A stretch of DNA of 64,000 nt from an uncultured Nitrososphaeraceae archaeon (GTDB taxonomy: Archaea > Thermoproteota > Nitrososphaeria > Nitrososphaerales > Nitrososphaeraceae), in the NCBI GenBank assembly GCA_963779615.1, contig CAVZZA010000003.1, positions 448,001 to 512,000 on the forward strand, written 5' to 3'. Under the pieces are notes generated by a model. That model was given only the letters and a program-made list of their open reading frames with translations. It made no database searches and was not told the DNA's origin. Shown one piece after another: positions 53,194 to 62,991 of this stretch. Within the stretch, counting starts at the first letter, position 1, and every line of letters starts with the position of its first letter. The translations under genes were made by a program, and so were the position numbers.

Positions 53194-53793
53194 TTGAATG
53201 AGGAAAATGTCAATGAAAATAAAACAGGAAAAACAAGAAGCATTACATTTAGGTTGGAAAGCTCTATAATCGAGGAACTGCAAACAGAGGCAGAATACAG
53301 AGAAACATCATTAAATGTTCTGATAAATCAAATATTACGCAGATATTCAAATTGGGAAAGATATGAAAGCAAAATGGGTATGATACCAATTCCGAAAATA
53401 ATGCTGTCTAGCATAATGGATGAGGTAATCAAGATTGGCAAAGATGGCGGAATTGAAGATGTTGCGAATTTTAGAAATAGACTAATAAAAGAACTTTCTC
53501 AAATAGCATTTGCGTTTTTGAAGGATTCTGTATTACTCATAAAAAAAAATTACAACCTATTAGTTGTTTTAGAAGTTTTGGAGCAATATATGAAGGTAGT
53601 TGGCATTAATTCGGACCACAGAATTGAGGATGACGGTAAACACGTTTACGTGATTCAGCACAAGCTGGGTGAAAATTGGTCATTATTCATTAAAGAATTT
53701 TTGATATTAATATTTGAAAACCTCGGCAAAGTTAAAGTAGACATTTCAAGCACAGAAAACACCACAGTCGCAAAAGTCTTTATTGACTTTTAA
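53194..53793 (+). CDS. Thaumarchaeal protein with N-terminal ribbon-helix-helix domain
   Basis: TRSITFRL...SLNVLINQILRRY..W and IQHKLGENWS. Confidence 0.75.
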   Translation: MNEENVNENKTGKTRSITFRLESSIIEELQTEAEYRETSLNVLINQILRRYSNWERYESKMGMIPIPKIMLSSIMDEVIKIGKDGGIEDVANFRNRLIKELSQIAFAFLKDSVLLIKKNYNLLVVLEVLEQYMKVVGINSDHRIEDDGKHVYVIQHKLGENWSLFIKEFLILIFENLGKVKVDISSTENTTVAKVFIDF

Positions 53794-54295
53794 TTTTAGA
53801 CGCTCCACCACTATCAACAAAATTGACTTTCAAAATAAAAAATCAAGGACAAGCCAAAATCATAAACATAAAAAAGAGACTATTTTTTTAATTGTGACTT
53901 TTACCCCATAAAAAAAGGTTTTTTAATTTGGCTATCTTCAATGAATGACAACCAACCGTTTTTTTATGTATCAACGACAATGATATTATTTAGAGTATCT
54001 TCTTACGACACTTGCCAACGCATGAAGTTTGAATTTTGCAACCAAAAAAACTGTTTGGAATGTTTTCAGCAACATGCAATACTGTTATGATGCTATTGGT
54101 AACACGTTGAATTTTTTACATCAAGTACTAGTAAGGGAATAGATTGACAAAATAAGAAAATTCATTTTTATTGGAACACCATACAGTACATGTTAAAGAC
54201 AAATCCGGAAGGACTTGAAAAAAAAGAATTGGTTGTATATTCGGGTAGATATCAAATATCACTAATGGTGTTGCATCAAAAAAAAGAAAAACAGA

Positions 54296-55870
54296 TCAAT
54301 ATATTTGTCCTAGTGCAATGTTACCCTCATTAATTTGGTTCTGGAAACTAACATTGTTGCAAGAAACTATTGCATCTTTTCCAGAAACACACTGGACGTT
54401 TTGCACATTGCTTTGGGCCTGGTTTATCGCAGGGTCGGCTGAGTTGCCGCCGCCGTTGCCGCCGCCGCTACCATCGTCACCGTCACCGTCACCGTCACCG
54501 TTGCTGCTTCCCCTTCCGTTTCCGCCATCCTGGGCTAAAGCAACATTTCCCTTATTGGCAAGGTTTTGGCTATTGTAGTTAAAGCAAGAGTCATCTATGC
54601 CTCCCCCAGAAACACACTGGACGTTTTGCACATTGCTTTGGGCCTGGTTTATCGCAGGGTCGGCTGAGTTGCCGCCGCCGTTGCCGCCGCCGCTACCATC
54701 GTCACCGTCACCGTCACCGTCACCGTTGCTGCTTCCCCTTCCGTTTCCGCCATCCTGGGCTAAAGCAACATTTCCCTTATTGGCAAGGTTTTGGCTATTG
54801 TAGTTAAAGCAAGAGTCATCTATGCCTCCCCCAGAAACACACTGGACGTTTTGCACATTGCTTTGGGCCTGGTTTATCGCAGGGTCGGCTGAGTTGCCGC
54901 CGCCGTTGCCGCCGCCGCTACCATCGTCACCGTCACCGTCACCGTCACCGTTGCTGCTTCCCCTTCCGTTTCCGCCATCCTGGGCTAAAGCAACATTTCC
55001 CTTATTGGCAAGGTTTTGGCTATTGTAGTTAAAGCAAGAGTCATCTATGCCTCCCCCAGAAACACACTGGACGTTTTGCACATTGCTTTGGGCCTGGTTT
55101 ATCGCAGGGTCGGCTGAGTTGCCGCCGCCGTTGCCGCCGCCGCTACCATCGTCACCGTCACCGTCACCGTCACCGTTGCTGCTTCCCCTTCCGTTTCCGC
55201 CATCCTGGGCTAAAGCAACATTTCCCTTATTGGCAAGGTTTTGGCTATTGTAGTTAAAGCAAGAGTCATCTATGCTTCCAAAGAAGCCTTTGATCCCACA
55301 CTTTATATTTTGCACATTGCTTTGAACCTGGTTTATCGCAGGGTCGGCCGAGTTGCCGTCTTTTACACCAATTCCAAGTCCAACCTTTCCATAATCACCA
55401 TTTTGAGAGGCCAAATTTTCTCCATTATTGGCAAGGTTTTGGCTATTGTGGTTAAAGCAAGAGTCATCTATGCTTCCAAAGAAGCCTTTGATCCCACACT
55501 TTATATTTTGCACATTGCTTTGAACCGGGTCTATTCCCAATTTGGCAGGGATACCACCATTGCTGGAATCTATGTTGTAACCTATTTTTTCACAATCAGT
55601 TGACTTTTTGTCACCTTCGGCAGAATTAAAATCCTTTATTGTGTCTACACCCTTTCCGCATTTAAAAGAATCAGCTCCAAGGTCACCAAAGAGAACATCA
55701 TTGCCATTTTTACCATCTAACCTATCACCTTCAGATGTTCCTACAAGATTATTATTGTTATTATCACCCTTAACATTCAATGAATATGCATCCATATTCA
55801 AAGAACCTGCCATAACCGTTCCAGTTATTAAAATGGTACATATAAATAGCAGGTAAATATTTTTAAGCAC
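54296..55870 (-). CDS. Secreted Gly/Asn/Gln-rich tandem-repeat protein with RTX-like N-terminal motifs
   Basis: Signal peptide, GxxGND-like Ca-binding motifs, then about six Cys-paired repeat units. Confidence 0.85.
   Translation of the reverse strand: MLKNIYLLFICTILITGTVMAGSLNMDAYSLNVKGDNNNNNLVGTSEGDRLDGKNGNDVLFGDLGADSFKCGKGVDTIKDFNSAEGDKKSTDCEKIGYNIDSSNGGIPAKLGIDPVQSNVQNIKCGIKGFFGSIDDSCFNHNSQNLANNGENLASQNGDYGKVGLGIGVKDGNSADPAINQVQSNVQNIKCGIKGFFGSIDDSCFNYNSQNLANKGNVALAQDGGNGRGSSNGDGDGDGDDGSGGGNGGGNSADPAINQAQSNVQNVQCVSGGGIDDSCFNYNSQNLANKGNVALAQDGGNGRGSSNGDGDGDGDDGSGGGNGGGNSADPAINQAQSNVQNVQCVSGGGIDDSCFNYNSQNLANKGNVALAQDGGNGRGSSNGDGDGDGDDGSGGGNGGGNSADPAINQAQSNVQNVQCVSGGGIDDSCFNYNSQNLANKGNVALAQDGGNGRGSSNGDGDGDGDDGSGGGNGGGNSADPAINQAQSNVQNVQCVSGKDAIVSCNNVSFQNQINEGNIALGQIY
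54381..55275. repeat. Four apparently identical 225-bp tandem repeats
   Basis: ccagaaacacactggacg recurs at 54381, 54606, 54831 and 55056. Two diverged units, 198 bp apart, extend to about 55530. Confidence 0.97.
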
Positions 55871-56492
55871 AATTTTGAGTTAAATTTTTATGGTTAATAA
55901 ACTTTAAGTAACATTGTTAATTTAAGTTACTTTTCAGAAAATCGATACTTAATAAATATCAAAACATCGATTATTTTCGCTTTTTAAAATCTATTCAAGG
56001 ACGGTGATGATAGTTCTTTTAATAGGCATGTCAATCGAATATTTAAAAACACATAATCACCTTTTCTCCCGTTTATTCTTCTCCCCCCTTTGAAGGTAAA
56101 TTTTCGCCAAGTTTCTTTGTGATGCGGTCTGTTAATTCAGATAGCAAATCACAGGTTATCGGGGTCAATAACATAATCAGGCTAACAATCTGCAAATTTT
56201 TTTGTTTTTTATTAAAAAAAGGAAGAAGATGTATTACAAATATTGATGGAACAAACCTCTTGACCGGGCAATTGTCTTAACAAAAAGGTTGTACTGCCCA
56301 TTGATTTTTATTAAATTGCCATCCAAGTTATTTTCATTTTATCATGTTTTGCAGAAAAAAATAATAGCACTTCTATAATCCCGTTTTTTTGTAAATCATT
56401 ATCATTTCATTTCACGAAATCAAAACAGTATTTATAACAGGCAGTGTGGAAAACAATATTAAATTCCAACCACAAACTAATGTTGAAATTTA

Positions 56493-56876
56493 TTGTTTTG
56501 GCGGATATATTATGCCATAAAAAAGAATAACTACTTAAAAATTTCAACCTTGTTGATATTCACATTTTCTATTTTTGCCACCATTTTAAATATAGAGGGA
56601 AGTAATTGCCTGATAAAGATTAACTCATTGATAAATGAGCAAAAAACGAATAAAACAGGCGGGAGCTTTCAGCATCAACTTCAACAACAGCAAATGCAAA
56701 ACCAAAGTGAAAGAGAGTCAAGAGAATCGTTTGAGCTCATCAGGTACTGTTTCCTCGTTACCAATCTATATGTTTATTCGCTATTTGGGATAATAATCGG
56801 CATAGTAATTATTGGGGTATGGTACATCAAATACAAAAAAATTTGGAGCAACAGATTTAAAAAAATAGACAAATGA
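56493..56876 (+). CDS. Membrane hypothetical protein
   Basis: Two hydrophobic segments flanking a Gln-rich loop. Confidence 0.55.
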   Translation: MFWRIYYAIKKNNYLKISTLLIFTFSIFATILNIEGSNCLIKINSLINEQKTNKTGGSFQHQLQQQQMQNQSERESRESFELIRYCFLVTNLYVYSLFGIIIGIVIIGVWYIKYKKIWSNRFKKIDK

Positions 56877-56992
56877 CTGTGAATTAGTTGTCACAGATTT
56901 TGCGTTATCCTATAACCCCGTCAAACAACCAACCATCCACATAAATTCCATAGATTTTTAAATAATCCAAATGTAAAATAACATCATAAAGA

Positions 56993-58723
56993 TTGTCTGA
57001 CAAGGATTTTGCATTAGAACTGGTTAAATCATCTTATTCAAATGCTCCGGCATATAAAGAGGGGTATTGTGGAGTGCCAGAAAATTATAAAAACATCACA
57101 ACTTTAAAAGAACTCCTAGAAATCAACTACAAATACCGCCCAACTAAAATCCAACTAAGGGAAAACTTAATATCAAAAATAAAAAAGAATGAAAACCCGT
57201 TTGCAGGCATAATAGGTTTTGAAGAAACTGTAATCCCTGCAGTAAAGAGGGCGTTATTAGCTGGCCATGACATATTATTTATTGGCCATATAGGCCAGGG
57301 AAAAACAAAATTAGCTGAAATATTATCAGAAAATCTTCTCTCCCCAATCCCAATTGTAGAAGGAACGATAACAAATGACATCCCGACTGAAATTCCATAT
57401 TCTCAACTTGTCAATTTGTTGCAAGACAAAGACATTCACAGGGTATTGCCTGAATTTTACGTTTCAAAAGATTGTGAGGAGATTATCAAAAATAACAAAC
57501 TCGATACAAGGATTAAATGGATTGATGGAAAATCAAGATACAGATACATTTTGGCAACACCAGACATTTCAGTAAAAGATCTGGTTGGCCAAATAGATGT
57601 CGTGAAAGTAATAAAAAAGGGTATAGGGGTATTTGACATAGACTCATATTCACCAGGATATCTTTTGCAAGCAAGATATGGCATATTATGCTTAGATGAG
57701 CTACCCGTGCTTGATCCCAGAAAACAGGTAACACTGCTAAGTGTTTTACAAGAAGGCAGATTTACGACCGGCGCGTATCCGGTATTTTTTAAACCAGATG
57801 TCAAAATAATTGCAACTGCAAATCCGATAGACTACACCCATTCTGGAAAGATAATCGAGCCCCTTGCAGATCGTTTAAGAAGCCATATCGAAACACACTA
57901 TCCAAGAACACTAGATGACGAAATGTTAATTTTAATACAGGAGATCGACATGCTATCGAGAAGGAATACATTTTTACCTGTTTTCATATTAAAAACAATT
58001 GTAAAAATTTTCCAGTCCTTGAGAACAAACCCTGAAATAAATAACGAGAGAGGGGTCAGCGTTAGGTCAACAATTCACTCTTTAGAAATAATAATAGGTG
58101 AAGTAGAAGTAACAAGGTCCATAATTAACAGTGCAATAACCATTCCTAGGTTTTCAGACATCTATTGCATATTCCAGTCATCCAAATTTGAGCTCGACGA
58201 CATAGAGGACACAACTGAAAACAAACTAAAGTTTTTGAACAACACGATTGTTGAAATTATCAAGGAAATATCCAAAGAATATTTTGCCAAGTTTGTCAAT
58301 GCAGAAGACCTTATAGCCATAAAAAACGAGTTTAAAGGTAAAACATTTACGGTATCGCAAAATCAATACCAAAACCATCAACATCAAAACACTGCTTTAG
58401 AATCAAATTCAACGGATCCAGTCATCAGCAACAATTTGCTTTATGTGGAGCAATTAAAACAATTTCCATTCACAAAAAAAATTGTAAAAAAAGCCATAGA
58501 AAAAATAAAGGAGGAACAAACAGAATACATCAAAAAAGCGCAAAAACACAACATTTTCACAAATCTTGAATATTTAGGACACAACAATGGAACTATTGAC
58601 GAATTTGACAAACAGGAGGAGGCCATAGCCACAGTAATCGAATTATTTTTAGAGTACCTCAGACTCTCAAATCCTCCAACACTGGAGAGAAAAGAAAACA
58701 GGTTTGAATATGTGAAGTTTTAA
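56993..58723 (+). CDS. Mg-chelatase-like AAA+ ATPase (Rv0958-like)
   Basis: GIIGFEETVIP..KRALLAGHD, GHIGQGKT, LCLDELP, TANP.DYT..G.IIEPL.DR and GVSVR. Confidence 0.88.
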   Translation: MSDKDFALELVKSSYSNAPAYKEGYCGVPENYKNITTLKELLEINYKYRPTKIQLRENLISKIKKNENPFAGIIGFEETVIPAVKRALLAGHDILFIGHIGQGKTKLAEILSENLLSPIPIVEGTITNDIPTEIPYSQLVNLLQDKDIHRVLPEFYVSKDCEEIIKNNKLDTRIKWIDGKSRYRYILATPDISVKDLVGQIDVVKVIKKGIGVFDIDSYSPGYLLQARYGILCLDELPVLDPRKQVTLLSVLQEGRFTTGAYPVFFKPDVKIIATANPIDYTHSGKIIEPLADRLRSHIETHYPRTLDDEMLILIQEIDMLSRRNTFLPVFILKTIVKIFQSLRTNPEINNERGVSVRSTIHSLEIIIGEVEVTRSIINSAITIPRFSDIYCIFQSSKFELDDIEDTTENKLKFLNNTIVEIIKEISKEYFAKFVNAEDLIAIKNEFKGKTFTVSQNQYQNHQHQNTALESNSTDPVISNNLLYVEQLKQFPFTKKIVKKAIEKIKEEQTEYIKKAQKHNIFTNLEYLGHNNGTIDEFDKQEEAIATVIELFLEYLRLSNPPTLERKENRFEYVKF

Positions 58724-58724
58724 T

Positions 58725-60321
58725 TTGAATTCGACCAATAAAAAATTCATTTATTTCGCAAGACCGCTCCAAAACGATGACAACAATGAAAAGTGGAATG
58801 GCGAACAACAAGACTTGAGTGGGCGGGACATCAAAACCCACAAAAACAGCAATAGCGACCTGTTAAAATACTTTTTTCCAGACATCCTAAAGGCATTGGG
58901 CAACAGAGCAATAAAAGACAGCACACCCTCCCTTCAGGAACTAGAGCAGTATTTGCAAAACCATCTCCAGGAACTAATGGCAGAAGACAGGAACAGAAGG
59001 AGAGCAATCGAAAGAAAAGAGAGCAACAACAAAAACTACCCAAATCCACTAACAGAGGAAGACGCCAAAAAAAATACACAGCCGTCACCAAAGTACAAAA
59101 ACAGACAGCCGATTTGAGCAATGGGATGGTGACGGCAGGAAAAACACCAGTAACGGTTCTGGCCTATCCTCTCAAGGCAATTTTAGGCTAAACTTTAATT
59201 TCAACAAGACGCCACTCGCAGGCGATAGCCTTCCGATAGTTGCACAACTTATAGAAAGAGGGTATTTGGTTGACTCAAACAAATGGTTAAAGAAAAAGGG
59301 GTTTTTAAGGGTTGGCCAAGAGATACTGTCTGAAATAATAAAGTCCCTAAAAGCAGACAAGTTAGGAATGCATGAGGCTCATTTCACTGGCAGTGGGAAC
59401 ATAATCCAAGAAAACTCCAAAAAATACGAGTTTGGAAACGAGATTTCAAACGTCAACATCAACTCAACCATCATGAACCTTGTAGAAAGGAAAGTCAAGA
59501 ACAAACAGGACACAATAGGATTTCCATTAGATATCGAATACGAAGATTTAGAAATTTATGAAACACTAGAAGAAATACAAGTAGCAACAGTTTATTGCAT
59601 TGACCTTAGCTCCACAATGAAATATTCCTCGATGTACAATGATTTGAGCAGATTGGAGGCCGCCAAAAGAGCATTATGGAGCCTGTATATACTCAATAAA
59701 AAATACTTTCCCCTAGACTCCATATACCTGGTGGGGTTTGGATCGGTTGCCTCAATAATAGACACTTTTGATATCCCTTTTTTAAAAACATTTGAAACAA
59801 ATGCCGATTTTTTGCACTACACAAACTATCAGTCTGCCTATAGGCTTGCGAAAAAAATCCTAAAGAAAAATGGAGCCAAAAACAAAAGAATAGTAATGAT
59901 TACCGATGGCCATCCCAGCGCGTGTTTCATAGACAACATAGACGAGAAGGACAAGATAATGAAACAAAGGCCATATTCTCACTTCTACCTTCCCAACCAG
60001 CAGGCAATAAACCAACAGTACACAAAAGTAAACAACATCAAACTGGAGATCAAAGACAAGCAAATTGTATATTTATGCTACAGGTACCGACAAATCGATC
60101 AATACATTGGCGAGCAGACAATAAAGGAGGCTAAAAAAACATTCAAAGAAGACATCAACATAGACACGATAATGGTCAGTGAAGACGACACACTGCTGGA
60201 TTTTATAAATGAACTTGCCAAATCAGTAAACGGAAAATCAATCTACATAAATCCAAAAGACATAGACAAGGTTTTGATAAAAGATTATCTGTCCAACAAA
60301 AAGAAAACCATCAGAAAATGA
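58725..60321 (+). CDS. VWA-domain protein (Rv0959-like), split by one frameshift
   Basis: ORF 58725-59117 plus a downstream frame open from 59053 to 60321 with MIDAS-like IDLSSTM, TNYQ and ITDG. An A8 run lies at 59067-59074. Confidence 0.82.
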
Positions 60322-60513
60322 AAAAAAATATTGAGGTTTTGATTTACGCTCAAATTCTAATCCTACCGTTATTTTATCACCATTAACCATTTTGCGGGGT
60401 TTGTCATTGGATTGTTTGTGTCCAAACAAGGTTTATCGGTTGCGGCTGCCGCGGCGGGAATTCATAGCACCGAAGGTGAAACTCGAATCTTTAACCCCTT
60501 TCCACTCACCACT

Positions 60514-60573
60514 GCTGCTGCTGCTGCTGCTGCTGCTGCTTCTTCTTCTTCTTCTTCTTCTTCTTCTTCTTCT
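60514..60573. repeat. Compound microsatellite (GCT)9(TCT)11
   Basis: Directly visible in the sequence. Confidence 0.97.
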
Positions 60574-60734
60574 GCGGCCGTCAAAGTTGCCATCAGCGAA
60601 TGAATCAGCAGGGAATAAAGTGTGACAGAGCGACCGGATTTTGGTGGTGGGGTTTTATTTTAAAAGTAAATTAGTGGCTCAATCAATACACATTGAACAG
60701 TTGCATTCATCCTCTACCCGCTGCTCTTGTAGGG

Positions 60735-62261
60735 TTATCTTGTAGAACTGCCTGGAAGCTCAAGCAACCCCATAATGCCATTTAATGATTTTTCCAAAGA
60801 CTCACGGACACTTCCGTTGTTAAAACTGGTGGCGTTGCCTGCTGCAGCGCCTGAGTTACTGACATTTCCTCCAGATCCAACACTGCTGCCATCACCACTA
60901 CCACCAACAACAACACCACACACCTTGGACAGCAAAGGAAGATGGCAAACTTGTTCCATCGTTTGAGACGGCAATGAGGATTGAGGGGGCAATGATGGAG
61001 TCACCAAAGATTTGTTGATTTCACTCTTGGAGCTGTTCAGGATGTTGTTCACAGAGTTTGTGAGGGAGGTCTTTAGGCTGCTAAGGACGTTTGCCGGAAC
61101 CTGATTTCCCGAGCTGTTCAGGATGTTGTTCACAGAGTTTGTGAGGGAGGTCTTTAGGCTGTTCAAGTCGCTTGACGGAACCTGATTTCCCGAGCTGTTC
61201 AGGATGTTGTTCACAGAGTTTGTGAGGGAGGTCTTTAGGCTGTTCAAGTCGCTTGACGGAACCTGATTTCCCGAGCTGTTCAGGATGTTGTTCACAGAGT
61301 TTGTGAGGGAGGTCTTTAGGCTGTTCAAGTCGCTTGACGGAACCTGATTTCCCGAGCTGTTCAGGATGTTGTTCACAGAGTTTGTGATGGAGGTCTCCAG
61401 CTTGTTCAAGATACCTGACGGTTTGTTTGAAAGATCATCCAACTTAAAATAAGACAGTATGCTGCCTAAAAACGATCCAGTTGATGCAGTAGAACTAGGA
61501 TCAGGCTCAGAGCCAAACTGCTTTAGATTGGAAGTGATTGGAGCCAGTTCATTTATGTCAAAAGACTGAATAATTGCGCTAGAGACAGGAAGAGAATTGA
61601 AATAATTTGACAGTTCTGTCATGTAATTTATCGAATAGTGTTTATTGTTGAATATTGTCCCAATCTGCACATCAATTATTGCGGAATTATTATAATACGA
61701 TTGGGTTACCAACTTATAGGCAGGATGCCCGGAAAGCAACGTGTTTGTAGATTTTTCAATGATAGCAATGTCCTTATTACCCCGTTGTATAGAATTGGCA
61801 AGGCTTTCGGCATATGTCTCGATGTTAAGATTTGACGCATGTGATGGTGTGGCATAGGGAGATGAAGAGGAATTATTAGATATAGGATTTAGCGCCTGAA
61901 TAAAAACACCCATCCATAGAATTGGATGTTCAGGAGTCATGCTCGTGTTAGATGGTGGAAAAAAAACTATCTGCTGCAGTTTTTCATCTGAATTGCCATC
62001 ATCTATTAAAAAGTTTGAAGGATACTTTAATGTTATGCCAAGGTCACTGTTTTCATACCTGTTAAACTGAACTGTTTCGTTGGTATCACCCCCTGCTGGT
62101 GCTGGTGCAGATACAGAGCCATCAGTTGATGGGGCAAATGTTTGGGCAAAGGAATTGTTATCAAAAATATCAAATCCAGAAAGCACACCAGACAAAAGTC
62201 CTGAGGAAACCAAAACAACAGCAACAATTAGCGAATATGCGAACAATCTATTTCTAGTCAT
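60735..62261 (-). CDS. Secreted PsbP-like domain protein with 27-aa tandem repeats
   Basis: Signal peptide from MTRNRL, PsbP-like motifs FNRYENSDLGITLKYP and LSGHPAYKL, then C-terminal repeats. Confidence 0.8.
   Translation of the reverse strand: MTRNRLFAYSLIVAVVLVSSGLLSGVLSGFDIFDNNSFAQTFAPSTDGSVSAPAPAGGDTNETVQFNRYENSDLGITLKYPSNFLIDDGNSDEKLQQIVFFPPSNTSMTPEHPILWMGVFIQALNPISNNSSSSPYATPSHASNLNIETYAESLANSIQRGNKDIAIIEKSTNTLLSGHPAYKLVTQSYYNNSAIIDVQIGTIFNNKHYSINYMTELSNYFNSLPVSSAIIQSFDINELAPITSNLKQFGSEPDPSSTASTGSFLGSILSYFKLDDLSNKPSGILNKLETSITNSVNNILNSSGNQVPSSDLNSLKTSLTNSVNNILNSSGNQVPSSDLNSLKTSLTNSVNNILNSSGNQVPSSDLNSLKTSLTNSVNNILNSSGNQVPANVLSSLKTSLTNSVNNILNSSKSEINKSLVTPSLPPQSSLPSQTMEQVCHLPLLSKVCGVVVGGSGDGSSVGSGGNVSNSGAAAGNATSFNNGSVRESLEKSLNGIMGLLELPGSSTR
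61030..61420. repeat. 81-bp tandem repeat (about 4.8 copies)
   Basis: gagctgttcaggatgttgttcacagag occurs at 61030, 61111, 61192, 61273 and 61354. Confidence 0.95.
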
Positions 62262-62364
62262 GAAGTGTAATAAACATAAAAACATATATAATATTTTTCT
62301 AATCGGAATTTTTACAAACGAATACCTTTTTAAAATTGCATCCACTATCAAAAGCATCAAAGTC

Positions 62365-62991
62365 ATGGCAAAAAAAAAGGATTCATTTATCACTGATATC
62401 ACACAAGGCAATGAATTAGACGAGATTAGAAAAATTGCCGAAATGCTAAACCCCGATGAGAAGGTTCTGCTTGTCGCAAGGCAATCCAGGATTAAACCAG
62501 GAGGCTCAAAATTCTCGCCCAATACAATTTACGCCACAGACAGGAGAATAATACTAAGGGACCCAAGCATGCTTGGCCTAAAGCAGGAGATAATAGACAT
62601 ACCATACAACGTGATAACAAACGCACATCTAGAAAAGGGAGTGTTCTCATCCAAGATAATTTTTAACGCCCCAGGTTTGTTCAATCCCAGCATTAGTGAC
62701 AGGATCCCCGGAATCAGGAGGTTGGCCATCAACGAACGTGGGGAAAACGGAATAATAGACGCAATTCCAAAAGAAAAGGGAGACAACTTGATCGAGATAA
62801 TAAGGAACGGAATAACGCAGATTAGGGCAGGTCAGGGTTTAAGCACCGGTGTTGGAAACAACTATAATACAGCAGGAAAGGCGTCAACGCTAGAAGAGTT
62901 ATCCAAACTCGCAGGTTTAAGAGAGAGGGGAGTCATATCGGAAGAAGAGTTTATTGAAATGAAGAACAAGCTATTGGAAAACAATAGCTAA
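62365..62991 (+). CDS. Bacterial-type PH domain + SHOCT domain protein
   Basis: LNPDEKVLLVARQ, IYATDRRII and C-terminal LEELSKLAGLRERGVISEEEF..MK.KLL. Confidence 0.85.
   Translation: MAKKKDSFITDITQGNELDEIRKIAEMLNPDEKVLLVARQSRIKPGGSKFSPNTIYATDRRIILRDPSMLGLKQEIIDIPYNVITNAHLEKGVFSSKIIFNAPGLFNPSISDRIPGIRRLAINERGENGIIDAIPKEKGDNLIEIIRNGITQIRAGQGLSTGVGNNYNTAGKASTLEELSKLAGLRERGVISEEEFIEMKNKLLENNS

Noticed and set aside
54318-55253. Repeated Pro-rich + strand ORFs
   Set aside because: Antisense shadows of the 225-bp repeats in the minus-strand gene.
60392-60625. Poly-Leu and poly-Ala/Ser ORFs
   Set aside because: Open only because of the microsatellite, with no other coding signal.
62080-62522. Apparent long overlap of divergent ORFs 60735-62522 and 62080-62991
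   Set aside because: More plausible starts at 62261 (minus) and 62365 (plus) remove the overlap and leave an AT-rich divergent promoter.
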